DNA from: Octopus sinensis
Lineage: Eukaryota
Reading direction: 5' to 3'
Assembly (NCBI RefSeq): GCF_006345805.1
Contig: NC_043002.1
Location: 72,540,001 to 72,604,000, forward strand
Length of the DNA: 64,000 bases
The translations under genes and the position numbers were made by a program. Below the pieces are notes generated by a model. The model was not told the origin of the DNA. It did no database searches and worked only from the letters and a program-made list of their open reading frames with translations. Shown here piece after piece: positions 1 through 14,392 of the stretch. Every line of letters starts with the position of its first letter. Within the stretch, counting starts at the first letter, position 1.

Positions 1-220
1 TGTTTATGAGTGAGACATCTAAGCTCCACGCGACTCCGGCAGAAGGTAATGGTGAAGCTTCTGCTGAGTCTTTCGCCACAACTTTCTCTTCTTTCCTCCT
101 GCATCTTGCAGCTCACCCGCGACGGACCGGCGTCCCGTCCAGGTGAGGAACCTATACGCCAAGGAAACTGGGAAACTGGTCCTTATGAGCCAGGCATGGC
201 TCGAGAAGGAACAAACAAAC
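1..220 (+). mobile_element. 3' part of a tRNA-derived SINE with a V-domain-like core
   Basis: gcgacggaccggcgtcccgtccagg motif and (aaca)n tail. A related 5' part with A/B boxes is at 52682-52860. Confidence 0.55.
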
Positions 221-806
221 CTTGCAAAGAGCACAGAACTACGCGATTCTTAGTATATGTAGGTATGGAAAGTGTTCGTTCAAGGGAGGTAACTATTTTA
301 AAGGCGTCTACGTAAACGGAATAAAATTGTTAGACGCTGGTCTCACAGGCTCCGACAAAAATAAAAGTAATGACGCTTAATGTTTAGAGCTTAAGATAAT
401 TTGTATCCTATTCACAATGACTTAAATACATATTATATAATCATAATAATATTGGCGTTAGAGTTTGCTGCTATAAATAGTCAAAGTATCCTGTAATACG
501 TCAACAAGCGAGCATGGTAAGGTAGACGGTTGATAAATACATTATCTCTGGAATTACTGCATGAAGTCAAGCCCTTCACGTAACTTTTCAATAGCTTAAT
601 TACTTTCATTGGAGATTAAATTATACCATAACAATAGTCAAATCTCTAGAGCAATATCATATTTATCACATACAGCGATAAGATAAACCTAGAGACCCCC
701 AGGACTTATTCTTTGTAAGCCTAGTCTCTTTTGCCGAACCGCTAAGTTACGGGGGCGTAAACACACCAGCATCGGTTGTCAAGAGATGTTGGAGGGACAA
801 ACACAG

Positions 807-851
<45 letters not shown>

Positions 852-1196
852 TACGACGGACTTCTTTCGATTTCTGTCAACCAAATCCACACAGACGCTT
901 GCCCAAGATGCCACACAGTGGGACTGAACCCGGAATCATGTGGTTTGTAAGCAAGCTACTTACCACACAGCCACTCCTACGTCTATAACTTGACAAAAAC
1001 ATTTCTATAATAAACGGTTGGTTTTTTTCCATAAGAAACGCCAGATAAGTGCACACCTGAGGTTTGGTGGTAGGCAATGAGTAAAGGACTCCTATTCTCT
1101 CTCTCTCTCACACACACACACACATAAAGTGCGAGAGAAAGAGAGAAAGTAAATGACAAAGGAGTTACAGAAATTAAACAGATGAGAAATTTCATT

Positions 1197-1556
1197 TATT
1201 ACCTCTGCCTTTGCTAAGGCAGAGGTATTGTTTTCAGTCATGTTTGTTTGTCCGTGGACAAGATATCTCAAGAACCGCAGAATGGATTCGGATGAAACTT
1301 ACAGGGATGTTTGGCCTTGTGACTGTCACAAACTGATTAGATTTTGGGATCGATCCGGTACCGGACAAGGATTCTGGATTATTTTTCCGGTATTTTTACT
1401 TAATTTTTGAGAGCGGTCAAATTCATTTTTAGTATTCTCATTTGTGGGAGCAGTTGAGATTATTTCAGATATTCTCATTTTAAAAATTGTCTCTGGCTAA
1501 TTGTTGAGAGAACGTTAGTGTTGCCTTGGCAGAGGTTTGCACTCTCTCAGTGCTCA
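1197..1556 (+). mobile_element. Non-autonomous Helentron-like element (HINE/DINE type)
   Basis: 5' acctctgcc...ggcagaggt subterminal inverted repeat, repeated near the 3' end, followed by the terminal hairpin gcactctctcagtgc. Confidence 0.55.
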
Positions 1557-2616
1557 TTTAATTATACATTAAGGTCATTTTTTTTATCTTCAACTTGTTT
1601 CAGTTATTGGAAGACAGCCATGCTGGGGCAAACACCATGAAAGGCTTAGTCAAACAAATCAAGCCCAATACTTTAACATCTGGTTCTTATTCTATCAGCC
1701 TCTTTTGCCAAAACACTAAGTTACAAGGACCTAACACTTTAGCATTCAGATTATTCTCTGTCAAATGTGATATTTATTTATACACATGGATTTAAGTTAA
1801 TCAAGCATTATCTTGTAGCTTCGAAAGCACCATTCAAATGTTGGGTCTCTCAGACACAGTGACAAGTGATCGAGACCTTTGGCAATATACCAGGCGGCAA
1901 GCTGGCAGAAACGTTAGCACGCCGAGCGAAATGCTTGGCAGTATTTAGACTGTCTTTACGTTCTGAGTTCAAATTCCGCCAAGGTCAACTTTGCCTTTCA
2001 TCCTTTCAGGATCAATAAATTAAGTACCAGTTGTGTACTGGGATCAATCTAATCGACTGGCTCCCCACTCCCCAAAAATTTTGGGCGCTGTAGAAAAGAA
2101 TATATTAAAGGTGGTGAGCTGGCAGAATCGTTAACACGCCAGGCAAAATGCTTAGTGGTATTTTATTATTATTGTATATATAACATGATGCAAACGTGTA
2201 GCTTTTTTGTGCATTTTGTTTGCAGAAAATAAAGAAATAACAGTAATAACATTTAATAAATGTTGCTTACTGCAAGTTATGGATGATTCTTTTATGACTT
2301 CATTGCTTTCAGGCTTAGCTTAAGGTATTTTCTCACACGACATCACAAAATGCGTCTGAATAAACATTGCTGGACAACAAATAGATTCTTGGACATTGCT
2401 TAGAAGATAATTTTCATTTTTAACCTAGTATATAGTACGCACTAGGGATTTTGACCTTTAAATTTTGGGGTAAAAATGCGGATTATACTCGAGGATTTAC
2501 AGTATTTGTCATATGACAAGTAACACTAGTTGCTTTAACAGTAAATAAAGGATAACAATACAAAAACATATCAGCCCTTTCAGGGCTGGTTCATGAGTGT
2601 TATTGCAAAAAGATAC

Positions 2617-2715
2617 GGAGCAATTCTGTCCCACTGAACTTCAAGGAAACCTTGCACGAGACTGAAGTCACTTGCTGGGAATCCTTCTTCCTTCAGTTTC
2701 ACATCTGTAGCAGTA
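2617..2715 (-). CDS. SSR2: SSR2 second coding exon (99 nt); downstream exons lie beyond the window start
   Basis: tgcag acceptor, phase compatible with the previous exon. TATDVKLKEEGFPASDFSLVQGFLEVQWDRIAP resembles human [32 protein letters not shown]. Donor GTATCTTT. Confidence 0.92.
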
Positions 2716-2858
2716 CTGCAAGTAGCATGAAAATAAAGATTTGCATTATTAGGTGATTCAACAGACATTTATTAAAAAATTTACAAGACATCAATTAAGC
2801 ATGCAACATTTTTAATCTATTTTATTAAATATTTTAACTCTCCTTCCACATGTATATA

Positions 2859-3048
2859 CAGGGTGGCCCAAAAGTAGGTTTACAGTTATCAAGTAGGCAC
2901 TTTAAATTTCCTTTAAAACATTTTATTACATTTAAATTTCTATCTTGCAAGTAACTAAATTAGCATGCAATAATGGTTTCTAAACTGTTAATATATGAAT
3001 GCAAAAGAGATAGATGAATAACTGTAAACCTACTTTTGGGCCACTCTG
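2859..3048. mobile_element. Tc1/mariner-type MITE
   Basis: TIRs cagggtggcccaaaagtaggtttacagttat and ataactgtaaacctacttttgggccactctg; TA on the left flank. Confidence 0.8.
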
Positions 3049-4250
3049 TGTGTATATATATATATATATATATCACTTTGATCACTTTGACCGACCAGTC
3101 CGTCAGGCGTCCATTTGACACCACTGGTCACAGCACGCTGTCCACTCCTCTATATATACACACTCACACATACATACATATACACACATATGTGTATATA
3201 TTTATAATAAGTTATATATAAAAACAATTTAACATTAAACTGAAGGGTTATGCAACACTTTTAGTAGAGTCCATATTAATACAGCACTCAGTTCAGGAAT
3301 TGAAACTGCAATCTTGCAATCAAAAGTGCAACACCCCAGCCACTAGGCCATGTGCCTTCACATATATAAATGTACCTTAAACATAATTCCCAAGACAAAT
3401 CCACATAACAGAGTACATAAATATTCGATACAAGATAGTTTTCAATGTGCTTTTATCTATACAATATTTTCATTCCCAGTCTATCTCATTCATTGTTTAC
3501 AATGTTCTCTCTCTCACACACACACACACACTCCAGGTTTGATTTCTAGAATCTACTGGCTCGATTTTTTCATGGTCAACTTTGTTGGTTGCTCCAGGGT
3601 AGGTAGTTTGCAAGACTTGGTCTATGATACAAACCAGAAAACAAGGAATGTAATTTACCTAGAAGCTCTTACATAATTTCCTTCAACATATGTGGTAGAA
3701 TTTTGTACTTTCCTTTATTATTATTATTATTATTTATATTATGAATTCAGAATTGATTTCTCAATTAAAGAATAAATTGTATCCCAATTGAAGAATAAAT
3801 TGAATTTAGAATAACAAATTTCTATACAACATATTTTGCTTTTTTCTTCCAATATGTAAGGAAAAATTTCATTCCCAGACAATGCCAGGACCCTCTGCTA
3901 GTATATATCTATATGTGTCTGTGTATGTGTGTATGTATGTATGTATGTGTGTGTAATTACTCAATCACTCAGGTTCATAATAACCTAAGTAAATAAATTA
4001 CACAGTTTCTACTGAGTTGATCACATGATAATTGTTGTCATAGAAACCATCCAGATATTCAACATGTACAACTGTTAATCCAGACATGCTTTTTTTCTTC
4101 CTCTCATCTACCTTCTCTCCTCATTCCTTTCTGTCAAACAGCAGAGGATTGAAACATGAAAGACTCTTCCATTTTTCTTGAGTGTCAAACTAATACACAT
4201 AGTTTGTTGATCCCTCACCTGTCTCTGTCTTTTGCTTAATTTTGAACCAT

Positions 4251-4348
4251 AGCTCGTAGTGTCGTCTGCCTAGTATCTGTGACCGAAGAGGAGATAACTA
4301 CTTCGAAATGCTAGCATCTCACAGTCTAAGTAGATGGCGCTGTGAGCT
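4251..4348 (+). ncRNA. Type I hammerhead ribozyme motif (U4C core variant) with extended stem I
   Basis: ctgtga-CCGAAGA-ggag(ataacta)cttc-GAAA-tgctagca-TC-tcacag, flanked by a 23-bp helix (4251-4273 with 4326-4348). Confidence 0.75.
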
Positions 4349-6874
4349 GATCTAGGTGTATACACACCATTTGTCAGCAAAACATAGTGACAAAACATAG
4401 TAAATAGCTTGTTCCCAAGTTCAAACGTCCTTCAAGCATATTTGAACTGATAATAACATTACAATTTCACTTGTCACTGCTTAGTGTTCTGCCTTTGTAA
4501 TATACAGGAGTGGCTGTGTGGTAAGTAACTTGCTTACCAACCACATGGCTCCAAGTTCAGTCCCACTGCATGGCACCTTGGGCAAGTGTCTTCTACTATA
4601 GCCTCGGACTGACCAAAGCCTTGTGAGTGGATTTGGTAGACAGAAACTGAAAGAAGACTGTCACGCATGCGTGTGTGTCCCCAACATCGCTTGACAACCG
4701 ATGGTGTGTTTGCTTCCCCATAACTTAGCGGTTCAGCAAAAGAGGCCGATAGAATAAGTACTAGGCTTACATAGAATAAGTCCTGGGGGTCGATTTGCTC
4801 CACTAAAGGCAGTGCTCCAGCATGGCCACAGTCAAATGACTGAAACATTAGAAGTGTGAAAGAGTATATCCTCATTCACTAAATATTAAATCTGCAACAT
4901 CCTTGTTATGTCTCATTGGATTCTAAAAGCAACTAAAAGATCTCAAATTTACAGGGCAGATGTACCTGTACTCAACTGGTACTACAGTTGATAAAGAGGA
5001 AGGCTGACTTTGGTGTGATTCGAACTCAAAACAGAAGCAAACCCAACTAAATGCTGGCAGCAATTTATAAATTTGCTAATAATATTCATTAAAATATCAC
5101 ATTGAAATGAAAAGCAATTTCCGGAAAGCTTAACTAAATCTTACATAAGTAAAAGAAAAAAAAATCACAAAAACCAAATCAATTTGGTGTAAACATCATT
5201 TATAAAGGTCAGTGTCATTGGTGTCATGTATAAACACATGTGGTTTTCTGCAGTGCTGACCTTTATACAAGATGTTTACACCAAATAAACTTGGTGTAAA
5301 CATCATCTACGATAAAGGTCACAACTGGTGTTAAGATAAACACATTAAGTTTTCTTCAAAACAATAATTAATAGCAGACAGGGATTTTAAAGACAAAGAC
5401 CTCAGCCAAAACTTAATGTAATATGAATGGGAATATGCAGTAGTGTTTATTTATTTAACCAGAACAGCATGAACAAAAGGTATTAAATGAGTGGACAAAA
5501 GGACAAAATGCCTCCATGTGGTCACTCAAAGTCCTAGAAATAGTAGCCAAATCCTCAAATCATACCCTGTTGTCTTCCACCCTTAAGTATTCACATTATT
5601 CTGCTAAATGTAATGCTTATTTATTCACAGTCACCATCATCATCATCGTTTAACATCCGTTTTCCATGCTAGCATGGGTTGGACGGTTCAACCGGGGTCT
5701 GGAAAGCCAGGAGGCTGCACCAGTCTCCAGTCTGGTCTGGTAGTGTTTCTACAGTTGGATGCCCTTCCTAACACCAACCACTCCATGAGTGTAGTGGATG
5801 CTTTTTACGTGCCAGGGAAGGCTGGCAATGGCCACAATTGGTTGGTGCTTTTTACGTGCCAACAGCACAGAAGCCAGTGAAGGCAGTGCTGGCATCAGCC
5901 ATGTTTGGATGGTGCTTTTTACATACCACCGGCACGGGTATCACAACTACAATTTCCATTTGATTATCCACAGTGTCTTGAATTAATCATACATCATCTC
6001 ATAGCTTTGAAATTTTGATGATATGATTGTAGACATTTAAAATGACACTGTAGGGTAGATGTGAGAGGTCAGATCTAGCTGGTTTACATTCTAAAGGGTT
6101 AAGAAAGGAAGGACACACTGCAGTTGTAGAAAAATGGAATGGCCCCAGTAGTTGAAATGCTTTTCATTTTATATACTAGCTCAGTCAAGGATAAAACAGT
6201 TTCAGAAAGCCAAATAAGCAACTTGCTTTCAGTTTATAATTGTAGCTGCTACATTTAGATTGCTAATATTTTTTAAGAAAAACAAGACAGTGAGCTGGCA
6301 GAAACGTAAGCATGCCAGGCGAAATGCATAGCAGTATTTCGTCTGTCTTTACGTTCTGAGTTCAAGTTCCGCCAAAGTCAACTTTGCCTTTCATCCTTTC
6401 GGCATCGATAAATTAAGTACCAGTTGTATACTGGGGTTGATCTAATCAACTGGGCCCCCTCCCCAAAAATTTCAGGCCTTGTGCCTAGAGTAGAAAAGAA
6501 TATTTTTAAGAAAGACATCAATGTCACACAATGACATTTCATCTTGTCTGTAAATATGGAGACCAATGACAATAAGAAATCAATATTTTATGTACCTATA
6601 ATGTTAGATGTGTGTGTGTGTATCTAAAAAAAAGTAAAGTTACCTTTTCGAGTCATACTGACTCATAAAGGGCTGGTTTCCTTTCAGTTTCCGTGGCATA
6701 TAAATTCCCCACCAGGCAGGGATGCCGAACCGTTGCAGGATTACTCATTTTTGCCAGCTGAGTGGACTGGAGTCATGTGAAATGAAGAATACAACGCAAA
6801 ACCCAATCCAAAAATCGAAACCACAATCTTACGAGCATGAGTCCAACACCCTAACCACTAAACCACATGCCTCC

Positions 6875-6905
<31 letters not shown>

Positions 6906-7280
6906 ATGGATGTATGTATATATATATATATATATATAGGTTTAAGAGACAGAATCACCCTCAAGCATCATTGAACGACATTATCCATGATAGATACATG
7001 CTCTTTACTCTTTTACTGGTTTCAGTCATTTGACTGTCTCTTACCACACAGGAGTTAATTAGTCATCTTCATTAGCTTACAACTGTTTCAACCATAAGAA
7101 GCAGTGCACTGAGAGCTGAGTGCTTGTGCAACATCCTATTACTTCCTCAGAGCCATCAAAAAGTGTAAGCATACTGAGTTCTAACATCGTTTAAATAACA
7201 GAAGAATATAAACAAAAACAAGTGCACATAAAAATTAAGCAATAACAGAATAAAAGAACTAATATGTTCATAATACTTAC

Positions 7281-7462
7281 GCTTCCCCAACATTGAAGAT
7301 CCTGTATTCTACAGTTACATCTTTTCCTTCAACCAAATATTGATTCATAACATTCTTAGATGCTAACAATCTGGCAATTTTCTCATCTTCTGCTCCCAAC
7401 GTCAGGGCAAACAGACACAAGAAACTTAAGGAAACACTCAGTAAGGACAGAGAATTCATCAT
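7281..7462 (-). CDS. SSR2: Translocon-associated protein beta (signal sequence receptor 2), first coding exon
   Basis: Acceptor ttttcag directly before ATG at 7462. Encodes a signal peptide plus ARLLASKNVMNQYLVEGKDVTVEYRIFNVG, matching TRAP-beta (human [30 protein letters not shown], recalled). Ends GC|gtaagt, phase 2. Confidence 0.93.
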
Positions 7463-10400
7463 CTGAAAATTACACAAATAACTGAGGTGAAATAACGTTG
7501 AAACATAAGTTTGTTATATTTAAAAAATATTTTTTTAAATGTCAAAGAAAAGAATTGCAAAACAGATTCTTCAGCAGGAGACGAGATGGTGGAATAATAT
7601 CCATAGTCTAAACTGGTCATATTTATGAATTCAGTCAGAAAGTGTAATGACAGGTGCTTCTAAGTAAGACCCTATGGAGGTGCTTGAGAACTCTACCCCA
7701 ACAACTCTTTCAGGAATAATAAATAGGAGATAGAGGGAGGGATTAAAAAATATAATTCAAATAAATTCAAATTTGGAGAAATGTCAAACATTATATAATG
7801 TAACAAGAAAATTGTTCTTATCTACCAAATCCATTTACAAGGCTTTGGTCAACCCAAGGCTATAGCAGAAGCCACTTGCTCAAGGTGCTACAGTGGGACT
7901 GAACTCAGAACCATGTGGCTGGAAACAAACTTCTTACCACAGAGCCACACTTAATGTAATTGTTGCAGGGTATTACTCTTTTACTTGTTTCACTCATTTG
8001 ACAGCAGCCATGCTGGAGAACCACCTTTAGTCAAGCAAATTGACCCTAGGACTTATTCTTTGTAAGCCTAGTACTTATTCTATTGGTCTCTTTTGCTGAA
8101 CCGCTAAGTTACAGGGATGTAAACACACCAGCATCGGTTGTCAAGCGATGTTGGGGGGACAAACACAGACACACGAACATATATACAAACACATACATAT
8201 ATATACATATATACAACGGGTTTCTTTCAGTTTCCGTCTACTAAATCCACTCACAAGGCTTTGGTCAAGGCTATAGTAGAAGACACTTGCCCAAGGTGCC
8301 ATGCTGTGGGACTGAACCCGGAACCATGTGGTTGGTAAACAAGCTACTTACCACACAGCCACTTCTGCCTATTAATGAGAAACAAATAACAAATTCAATG
8401 ACAGTCCCAAAAAGCATCATATCTGAGGAAGAATTCAACAGAAATTTTAGTAGTGGATCTGTAATTTGCACAAAAGCTGAGAAAAGAAGAATGGGATGTG
8501 TCTAATGTATTTATATGCATAGCTTAAGCATCAACAAGTTCAGAGAAGCAGAGATTATTACAATAGCTGTAGGAGAAACAACCATGTCACCTCACCTGTC
8601 TTAGAGGGTCTGAAAAGTCTATGGTCATTCCACACCAAACCTACAGAAAGGTGAGCAGGGTTCAGAGAATGTTTGGGAATGAAGGCTTGCCTATCAGGCT
8701 GATAGCTTTTTTTTTTTTTGATGCAGTATGGAATGCATCTCTCAACATAAATGCATGTGTAATGTAGCAGCCCTTATATTTCTAGTAATCCAGAGGGATT
8801 AATTTACAAAAACATTTCATGTCAACTGCAGCTTCAATTGTAAATAATTCTTAGTAACAGAAAATGTGTTTTATATCAAATGCATTTTTTGACAAATTTT
8901 TTTTTTTTAATATTATTTAGCTGAAAAAACTAGGGTATGACTTATAGATGGGGCAAGGCTGTACTTGAGAAGACCTGACAAGCCAAGTGAGATTGTAGTC
9001 ATGGCTGATGCCAGTGTTGCATAACTGGCACGTAAAAATCACCCCTCAAACGTTGGGTGATATGCCGTGCTTGAGAAGACCTGTCGAGGCAAGTGAAAGT
9101 GTAGCTGTGGCCGATGCCAGTGCCATTTGACTGGCACGACTACTGTTGAGAAAAATAACTAATATCTTGGAGTATCTAATAAAACAATCTTCTGAATACA
9201 AGAATCTGCAACTCTAAGAGTCAAAAAGTTGTGACTAAGAATCCTATGAAAGGAACATAAATGTTTATTGAGAGTAATGAAAGGGAAAAAATAAGGTAAG
9301 ATTTATTGCAGTCTACAACATTCACATTGTACAATATAGTTTTCAAAATAAGGCCTAAATAATTAAGGAGATATATTAGATGGCCAACAGTTAAAGAACA
9401 TGGGGATAAAAAAATACATATTGGACTATTTTCTGATTATAATATTTCAGAAGGATTTGGATGGCAAATTAGTAGAGCACAAAGGAAAATGTTTTGTGGT
9501 ATTTAGTTACATCTCTTTCAGTTCTGAATTAAAATCCTACCAAGATGAACTCCACTTTCTATTTTGCCAAAATCATCATTATTACCATCATTATAATTAT
9601 GCATCCATTTTCCATGGTTTGAAATGAATAAAAAAAAAAGTTGCTAGTAATAAACATGGAATTACTTTGAGCATTTATACCTGTACCCAATAAATTAGTA
9701 ATTCATTGCAGTACAGAATTTTGTCAATGAACAGGTCGCAGTCTCAAAGTGACGAAAATATTTTGACAAATTAAATTTAAATGTTGAAGTGAATCTAATG
9801 GATTTTGTGTGTTTCTTAAATGGCTTATAAACACCTTTCATGCTGCAATTGTTTTTGTTCCAGCACAAGATCTCAGATCAGGTCACTTGCTATGCAAGTA
9901 CATCTCCGTAATCTTAGTAATTAATATTTCAGAGAAAATGGAAATTCCTTAAAAGTTGCTAAAGTATACTCAGTAATTATCGCTTTCTTTATTATATCCT
10001 TATGTAATGAATGCAACACAGGTAAAATCCCAATGAAAAAAATCCTACACAGTTCCAATATCCCAATTTTAACCATTTAAAATTTATCTCCCCTTAATTT
10101 AGGAGAGGCAGAACCCATGACTTTAGCTGATTCTCCCATACTGATCAGATTGACCTAACTTAGCTTGCATATTAGCATGAGTTGGTCCAAGGTTTGGTCT
10201 AAATGCTAACAACAAAGTGAACTCCTCTAAAGGCACTCAAGGATTAGATGGTGATCTTAAACCAAACACAGTAACCTCAAAATCTTTTTAGTCCTCTATA
10301 AAATAATATCATGGTCTGAATGAATAAGCTTTTGGATAATCAATTCAAGATCAAGTGTTCAAACTCATTGCTGACATTTCCTTCTGACTAAGAACAACAC

Positions 10401-12477
10401 TTACTGCATTTGTGTATGAGTTCCACCCCTATTGTCATTATTTAACATTCGCTTTCCATGCTGGCATGGGTTGGATGGTTTGACTGAAAACTGGTGAGCT
10501 GGGGAGTTACACTAGGTTCCATTCTGGTTTGGCATGGTTTCTATGGCTGGATGCCCTTCCTAATGCCAACCACTCCAAGAGTGTAGTGGGTGCTTTATCA
10601 TGCCACCGGCACAGGTGTCACTGACATGATACTGGCATTGGCCATGCGCTTGAACGGTGTTTTTTACATACCACCCACACTGGCATTGACCATGGCTATG
10701 ATTTCACTTGGCTTAACAGGTGTTCTCAACATTTAAGGGGTGATTTTTACATGCCAGTTACACAACACTTGCATCAGCCATGACTACAATCTCACTTGGC
10801 TTGTTGTGTGTTTAAGACACTTGCTTTGCAATCACATAGTCCAGATTCAATCCCACTGCATGGAACCTTAGGCAAATATCTTCTACTATAGCCTCAGATT
10901 GCATAATACTTTGAGAGGAATAAATAAGATGGAAACTGTGCAGAAGCTTATATAAGGAGTATACATCAAGAGAAAACCAGACAGTATGTAGTTCTTATTT
11001 AGTGAAAGATTTTGATTATTAAAGTAGTTGTCTGGTTCCTTCAACAGAATAAAATAAACAGAAAGAATGCATTACTAATTTGGATGTCATTAAATTTTCT
11101 TTCCATTATCAAAACTACTAAATCTTATAGAGACAGAAGGAATTGCGAATACAAAATAAATGACAGAATATGCACTCTCTTTCCTCACATACTCTTTTCC
11201 TGTGTTCTTGCTTTGTTGCTTATACATAAACAACCTGATGGGATCATTACTATGTTGGGTTAACCAGCCATATTAGACCCAAGTATTTTACCTGTTTTCT
11301 GTTCAAACCCCACACACCTAACCAACAATGTCATACTAAAAATAAACAATCACATCACTGAAATCTCAAAACCATGTGAATAAATAAGCATTACGCTTGA
11401 CATATTAATCTGAATGCTAGAAGGTTAAGCACCTCTCAATCACCTTCTTTCTTATGTTCTGAATATCTGCCCACTTATTAAGAAATAGGTTTTCATCTAA
11501 CCATACTCAATCCCTCCTACATCATTTTATATTGCACTATATCTCTTCCATCAGGACACCTGTGTAACAGGAGACATGGCATTAAATCTGTCCATATACA
11601 GCTCTACCAACTAACATTTGTAAAAAGAGTAATTTGAAACATAGATATTGATGAAATAAATAAACTGCAAGTCAAAGTAATTAATTAAAGACCCTTGAAA
11701 ATGGAACCCCAATATGGCTGCAGTGAATAACTGCACTCACGCCGAAGCACCACTTCGAAGGGTTTTTACAAACCAGTTAGAAAAAAGAACACTATTTACT
11801 CAAATACATTAGGGTTCCTGATTTTTACACCTAGTTCAACTTTCTCAAATCAGTACAATTAAGATGTTTAAAAGAAATAAACTGAATCCTATTCTCATGT
11901 ATGAGTGATGGAAACAATGACGGACTCTCCCGTCAAAAATGATGCATGAGTGTTCAGGCAAATGACCTGTTTATAATGATCAAATGTATGTGCTGTACAT
12001 AAGCTCACTCCCTTCTTCAAATCGACTTTACCTGAACAGATGCACAGTGTACCATGTGTCGGGTGCTGAAGTGATCACAGAGCAAGATGAAGTGTTTTGC
12101 TCAAGAACACAACGCACCACCTGGTCTAGGAATTGAAACCATGATCTCACAATCATAAATGCAACACCCTAACCACAAGGCTATGTGCCCTCACACACCA
12201 CCATAGTATACCAGGGTAATAAAGAATGGTGGGGCTCAATACTATTTGTGCTTAAAGGTGTGCTGAACACAGCACTGTAAGCCTATTATGAAATTACTCA
12301 ACATCCTTGTTGACAAAAAGCAAAATTAACCAAATCACCATCAAATAACACTCTACTGTTTTAAAAATGGAGGAACACATAAGGCAATGGTAGCTAATCC
12401 AATAGCATAAAAAGACAGGTTGATCACACCTGAAATAATTATGATCATAAGCCTGCTTGTTCAAGCATAACTTAGGC

Positions 12478-12651
12478 CAGGGGCCTCCAAACTTTTTAGA
12501 CTATCGACCCCTTCATGGAATCCTTGACCCCCAGGCATGTACAAGAAAATAAATAAATTATAATAATAATTAAGTAGATGTGCATTTATTGACCCGTTGA
12601 ATAGTCCTACCGACTCCAGGGGGTCAATATCAACCACTTTGGAGACCCCTG
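12478..12651. mobile_element. hAT-type MITE
   Basis: TIRs caggggcctccaaa and tttggagacccctg; 8-bp target duplication acttaggc / atttaggc. Confidence 0.8.
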
Positions 12652-14068
12652 ATTTAGGCCAAAGAACAACAATAGTTGATTGGTTAACCTACATACAGCC
12701 AGATGGATTGAGCAATTGTGCTAGACGTAACAGAATACTGCTATCTGGTAGTTCTGAATGTTTGTTAACAAATTTAAAAAACAGTTATACACTTATAATG
12801 ATTATTTTGTCAAGTCAAACTTGTTTTCTCCCTTACATCTGCAAGTGAAGATAATTTGGTAAATTTTTACCGATAATTTTGTCCCGTGTTAGGCCTTAAT
12901 TTTCAGATGGTGGAATATCTCCAAACCACGAGTTACCTGTTGATTTGCCATTATTGGATTCCTTTCTTGTTTTATGATTTGAGAAATAACAACAAAAATA
13001 AATGTGCAATATTGCGTTAAAAAATATATGGAATAGGAAATAATAATTTCGGGACCAAATGCCCAAAAATCTGTCACAGAACCTAGAAAAATATGTTGCA
13101 ATATTTTACACACCGAAATAATTGGATAATATTTTTTGTAACTATATTCCCAAATGTTGAGTAAATCTAAAGTTTTACCATCAAACTTAGAAGGTATTGC
13201 CAATTTTTTTAGGTAATCGAATGATCGAAGCGTGTTTTTGTCCCTAAATTAACAAATTGATAAACATTTTTCAGTGAAAATATGTTCTCTACTTAAAAAG
13301 CTGTCTCAAAGGGCCCTACACCGTCAGCATTTTTGTTTGCAGTTCTTGAAAATTATTCGCGATTCGGTATCTATAGCTAAACACTGCGATTGATATTTTC
13401 ACATGGAATAAATAGCGATTTACAACTGGCAAGAAATAACGATTATTTAGGTAAATCGGGGGGAAATTTGTCGAAAAGTAAAAAAATAATAACGAAAAAT
13501 CGAATAATAATTTAACGAATCAGACGTTTTTACAAACGATAAAACTATTAATAATTATTTTCGTTAATTTGATGGAAAAACAATATCTTCTCATTAAATA
13601 GGAAGCCAGATATTGGTGTAGAATAGACCCAATGAATGAACATTTCAACTGAGAAACGTGCAATTCCGTTGATGATTTGAACCAATTAATTGAATAATAA
13701 ATGCAGCCAAGTGGAAATACTGCTCTTTTATTATATCTCTGATTTCGTAGTAAAGCGGATTTTGTTTATGTTTACGAAGTTTAATAAACGTAAATCGTCG
13801 AAGATTAAACAGTTTATATTTACGAAGGACCATGAGACCTAAACGTTTGCCTGAGTTAAATGCCACGTAAGCATTAGCAACAACAATAACAGATGCGAGC
13901 TTAAGTTGACTGCAAGTATCGATATATCGCAGACGAAATTATGATAAATGATAGAATAACACCGATCCGGGTAATATAATATTGAAGAATTTAAACAATA
14001 TGTTCGACAAAACTGATCAAATCTGTAAATATATGAGAAACACGAAGGAGGAGTGTCAATAAACTTAC

Positions 14069-14099
14069 GATGACCGGTGTTGGCAGTGTGTAAAAGAAC
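14069..14099 (-). other. SSR2: Probable non-coding first exon of SSR2
   Basis: The ATG exon begins at an acceptor, so an upstream UTR exon is required. Strong gtaagt donor at 14068 in a CpG-retaining region, preceded by a pyrimidine-rich CTTTT start. 5' boundary is a guess. Confidence 0.5.
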
Positions 14100-14392
14100 G
14101 TGGGATTGTGGGAACATTAATATTAACATTAACAAATATGTAATTTACTGCGATATTGAGTTAGGTTGGTTTATTTTTCGCAAATAAATTCTATAACACA
14201 GGTGTATAAAATCTTTCCTAAAATATTTTAAATATAACTGATTGTCCTATTGTACTCAAACTCTAAATCTAAAATTTTTAGTAATGAAAAGAAATATTTA
14301 TTTCTTCTCTGATTTAGTACGAAGCTGTCATTGTATTGCATTGCTTCCGGGTATGGCTGTTCTGTGTTGTTTGTGAAATTTTGCCGTCCACA
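14100..14392. promoter_or_regulatory. Putative bidirectional promoter between SSR2 and MRPL34
   Basis: Divergent first exons about 300 bp apart. Surrounding region (about 12.9-15.1 kb) retains CpG and is largely free of SINEs. ETS-like CTTCCGG at about 14344. Confidence 0.5.

Noticed and set aside
4125-4170. Possible decayed hammerhead upstream of the 4277 motif (cttt ctg...gaaacatg aaag)
   Set aside because: Core and stem II are too degenerate to support a call.
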